Of a DNA stretch of 35,315 nt, positions 32,757 through 35,315 are shown piece after piece. Positions within the stretch are counted from its first letter, which is position 1, and each line of letters opens with the position of its first letter. The notes beneath the pieces were generated by a model that saw nothing but the letters and a program-made list of their open reading frames with translations, searched no databases and was not told the DNA's origin. The translations under genes and the position numbers were made by a program. Source of the stretch: Octopus bimaculoides. Taxonomy: Eukaryota. Location: NCBI RefSeq assembly GCF_001194135.2, contig NC_068994.1:54480530-54515844 (forward strand). The letters are read 5' to 3'.

Positions 32757-33013
32757 CTTTAATTTCAACCATTTTCTTTATCTAAGGAACTTCTTTGATT
32801 CCTATTCTACCCAGGCGGACCCTCATAACCATTTTATGCTTAAATGTAATCCTATTATAGTTTTTTATAATCAAATATTATTAGGAACTGTATAAAAAAA
32901 TTGTTAAAATACGTTATGTACAGAAGTATAACCAACTTATTGCAGATAAATTTTAACGACAAAATTTTATATGAACCCCCAAGGGTCATATGGGCCCCGG
33001 TTGAGAACCATTA
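32757..33013 (-). mobile_element. hAT (Charlie-type) MITE with 8-bp TSD
   Basis: Right end ggccccggttgagaaccatta, left end ctttaatttcaacc (degenerate cagtggttctcaacc type); flanks ttttagat (32749-32756) and ttttagac (33014-33021) match at 7/8. Confidence 0.65.
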
Positions 33014-33109
33014 TTTTAGACAATAGACCGAGCTCGAAAAGTTGCGACAGGGTAGAATCCTTAAAAATGTACCCAAGGACTGGTTGACATAAAATCTAGT
33101 AACAAAAAC

Positions 33110-33295
33110 AGGGGACAGTCTTTCTGGTGGGCTTCCACGCGATTTCTATCAACCAAATGTTACTCCTAGGTTTTGATCAAACCCAGACTATGATAGAATT
33201 ACACTTGTCTGAAGCGTTAAGCAGCGAAATCGAACGTAAAAACGACGCAGTTGCAAAGCGAATTACATAACCAAAGAACCACTCCCGTGCCCACC
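33110..33295 (-). mobile_element. Degenerate SINE family B head
   Basis: gggcttcc...tttctatcaaccaaat...actatgatagaattacacttgtct...gaaatcgaac...gcaaagcgaatt...aaccactcccgtgcc parallels 34370-34529. Confidence 0.6.
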
Positions 33296-34160
33296 TTGGA
33301 TCAATGCAATTGACCGTACAACCTACCTTGATGATAAAGTTTATAATTAGCAGGCTCGTCTATATTCGGAATCTTTTCACCAAATCCATAGTAATTAGAC
33401 AAGTAAGATATCTTATTGCCTAATTAAGAAATCAATGTTTATGCTGAGTCTAATTGACTGTCGATAATAGGTACCAGATTATCTGGGAAACTTACCAAAC
33501 ACAGACTGGCGTATATTCTACAATGAGATTCCAGCATCTATCTTTACCAAACCATGACACACTGTCATGTCTGCGATATTAAGAACACCTCTCTAATTAG
33601 TAAATCGATTTGCTAGAAATAGCAGGTAAATATCTCAAATAAGACTCCTAAAGTAAATAGTGATTAATGTAGCTTGAGATAATCTGAAAAGACCTGGTGA
33701 CCATCTTTAGAAAGCCTTTGATTAAAGACAGGTTTGCTAGATTTGGACAGATCTAGAGCTACACAACACCAATAAGGAGACACCTACGTACTGAAATGGG
33801 ACAATGATGAAACCTCTACCTGACTATTAGACCTGCTAGAAGGAGTAAGGAAATTTACCTCAAAACAGGTTTCCTTTTCAAACAAAGAAAGTCACTTTAA
33901 AAAATATTTTCCGACGTATATTGTGCCGGACAAAAAAAAAAAAAAAAAAAAAAAAAAAGTGGACGAACTCATTAGACTAGGAAAGCGTTCGTAAAAGGTG
34001 GATTTGATCAGAGATGTCCTGGGGTTGAACCGAAACAACATTGACCAGCCGGTTTAAGATTGTTGTTGTATTTTCAGGGATGGGTGGGGAGGACGAAAAC
34101 CTTTCGACTAAAACACACCTTTAGCTTTCCACTTAATATAAGACTGTAGCTTTTATCGCT

Positions 34161-34333
34161 TACTTGTTTCAGTCATTGGACTGCGGCCATGCTGGAGCAT
34201 CGCCTCGAAGAGTTTCGTAGAATAAATAACTGCCAGTACTTATTTCTTTTAAGCCTGGCACTTATTCCATCGGTCCTCAAAGCCGGAAGTCAAGGACTGG
34301 AGGGGGAAACAAACGCTCATACGCGTCCCCCAA

Positions 34334-34364
<31 letters not shown>

Positions 34365-34529
34365 AGATTCTTTCAGTTCCTGTCTATTTTATCAAATCCA
34401 CTCACAAGGCTTTGATAAAATCAGAGCTATAGTAGATGACCCTTGCGGAAGGTGTCACGCCAGTGGGAACGAACCCGGAACCGTGTAGTCGGAAAGCAAA
34501 CTTTTTACCACACAATAGAGCCTGCGCCT
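34161..34529 (-). mobile_element. Full-length SINE family B with short internal (CA)n
   Basis: Minus strand: head aggcgcagg...tgtggtaaaaagtttgc...ggttccgggttcgttccc, core aagccttgtgagtggatttg, (TG)n at about 34333-34357, body, tail gcgatgctccagcatggccgcagtccaatgactgaaacaagta. Confidence 0.85.
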
Positions 34530-35054
34530 AAAGTAATCGAAAATTACTCATTATGTTGCCAATTGTAAGGCCTTATGCAACACAATCTCACTAGCCATAG
34601 CAAACAGTGCATTAACCCTCATATCACAAATAAATAAACAAACAAATAAACAAATAAATTTATAAATAAATAAAATAACATACACCGCCCCCATCACCAA
34701 AAAGAAAAAAACAAGCAACAACAACAACAGCAGCGATATCTAAAAGAAAACTGATATCGTTTATAAGAGATATCATTTATAAATACAGCACGTTGTTTAT
34801 CATCACCAAACAGTAAAATATCGTAGTTAATGATAGCGGTATGGCGCCAGATGTGATGCCACACAGATACAGAAAGCGATCTATTGCAGGTTGAGTTTCA
34901 TCGTTATTAGTTTAAATATAATAGCTGAGCTTAAACTTCAACTAAAGACGAGTATTGTTTCATCAACAACTTACTTCAAACCAGTAAATTTCATTGATAA
35001 TTGTGTTAGATCATCTTAGATAACTTTCTATTTTCTGATAAGCAAATTGGAAAT

Positions 35055-35062
35055 ATACATAC

Positions 35063-35099
<37 letters not shown>

Positions 35100-35315
35100 C
35101 GTGTGTGTGTGTGTGTCAGTGTGTATGTATATATGTGTGTGTATATATATGTATATATATGTGTGTGTATATATATGTATATATATGTATATATATGTGT
35201 GTGTATATATATGTATATATATGTATATATATGTGTGTGTATATATATATATACATATATATATATATAAATATATATACATATATATATATATAAATAT
35301 ATATACATATATATA
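35055..35315. repeat. Compound (CATA)/(TA)/(GT) microsatellite with higher-order units
   Basis: Directly visible; a unit built from atatatgt and gtgtgt blocks recurs between about 35125 and 35245. Confidence 0.95.

Overview
AT-rich eukaryotic intergenic or intronic DNA from a gapped draft assembly with 11 N-gaps, most abutting simple repeats. The repeat content (dense CA/TA/GATA/AAT microsatellites and several tRNA-derived SINE families I recognise from memory as octopus-type) suggests a cephalopod, most likely Octopus; this is inference, not a database result. I cannot support any intact host protein-coding gene, rRNA, true tRNA or CRISPR array, and almost all long ORFs in the track are microsatellite or N-gap artefacts. 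The window is a layered transposon graveyard: about 11 copies of one tRNA-SINE, a second SINE with an internal microsatellite, decayed LINE 3' ends (RTE, CR1-group, probable R4/Dong), two Penelope-like (RT/GIY-YIG) remnants largely missed by the ORF track, mariner fragments, and hAT, piggyBac and TA-flanked MITEs with visible target-site duplications. The most interesting signals are two copies of a 36-nt minimal hammerhead-ribozyme-like fold with a non-canonical core, a MER1/Charlie3-like hAT nested in an RTE remnant, and an 82-bp-arm foldback. Repeat boundaries are approximate unless termini or TSDs are quoted, and comparisons to family consensuses are from memory.
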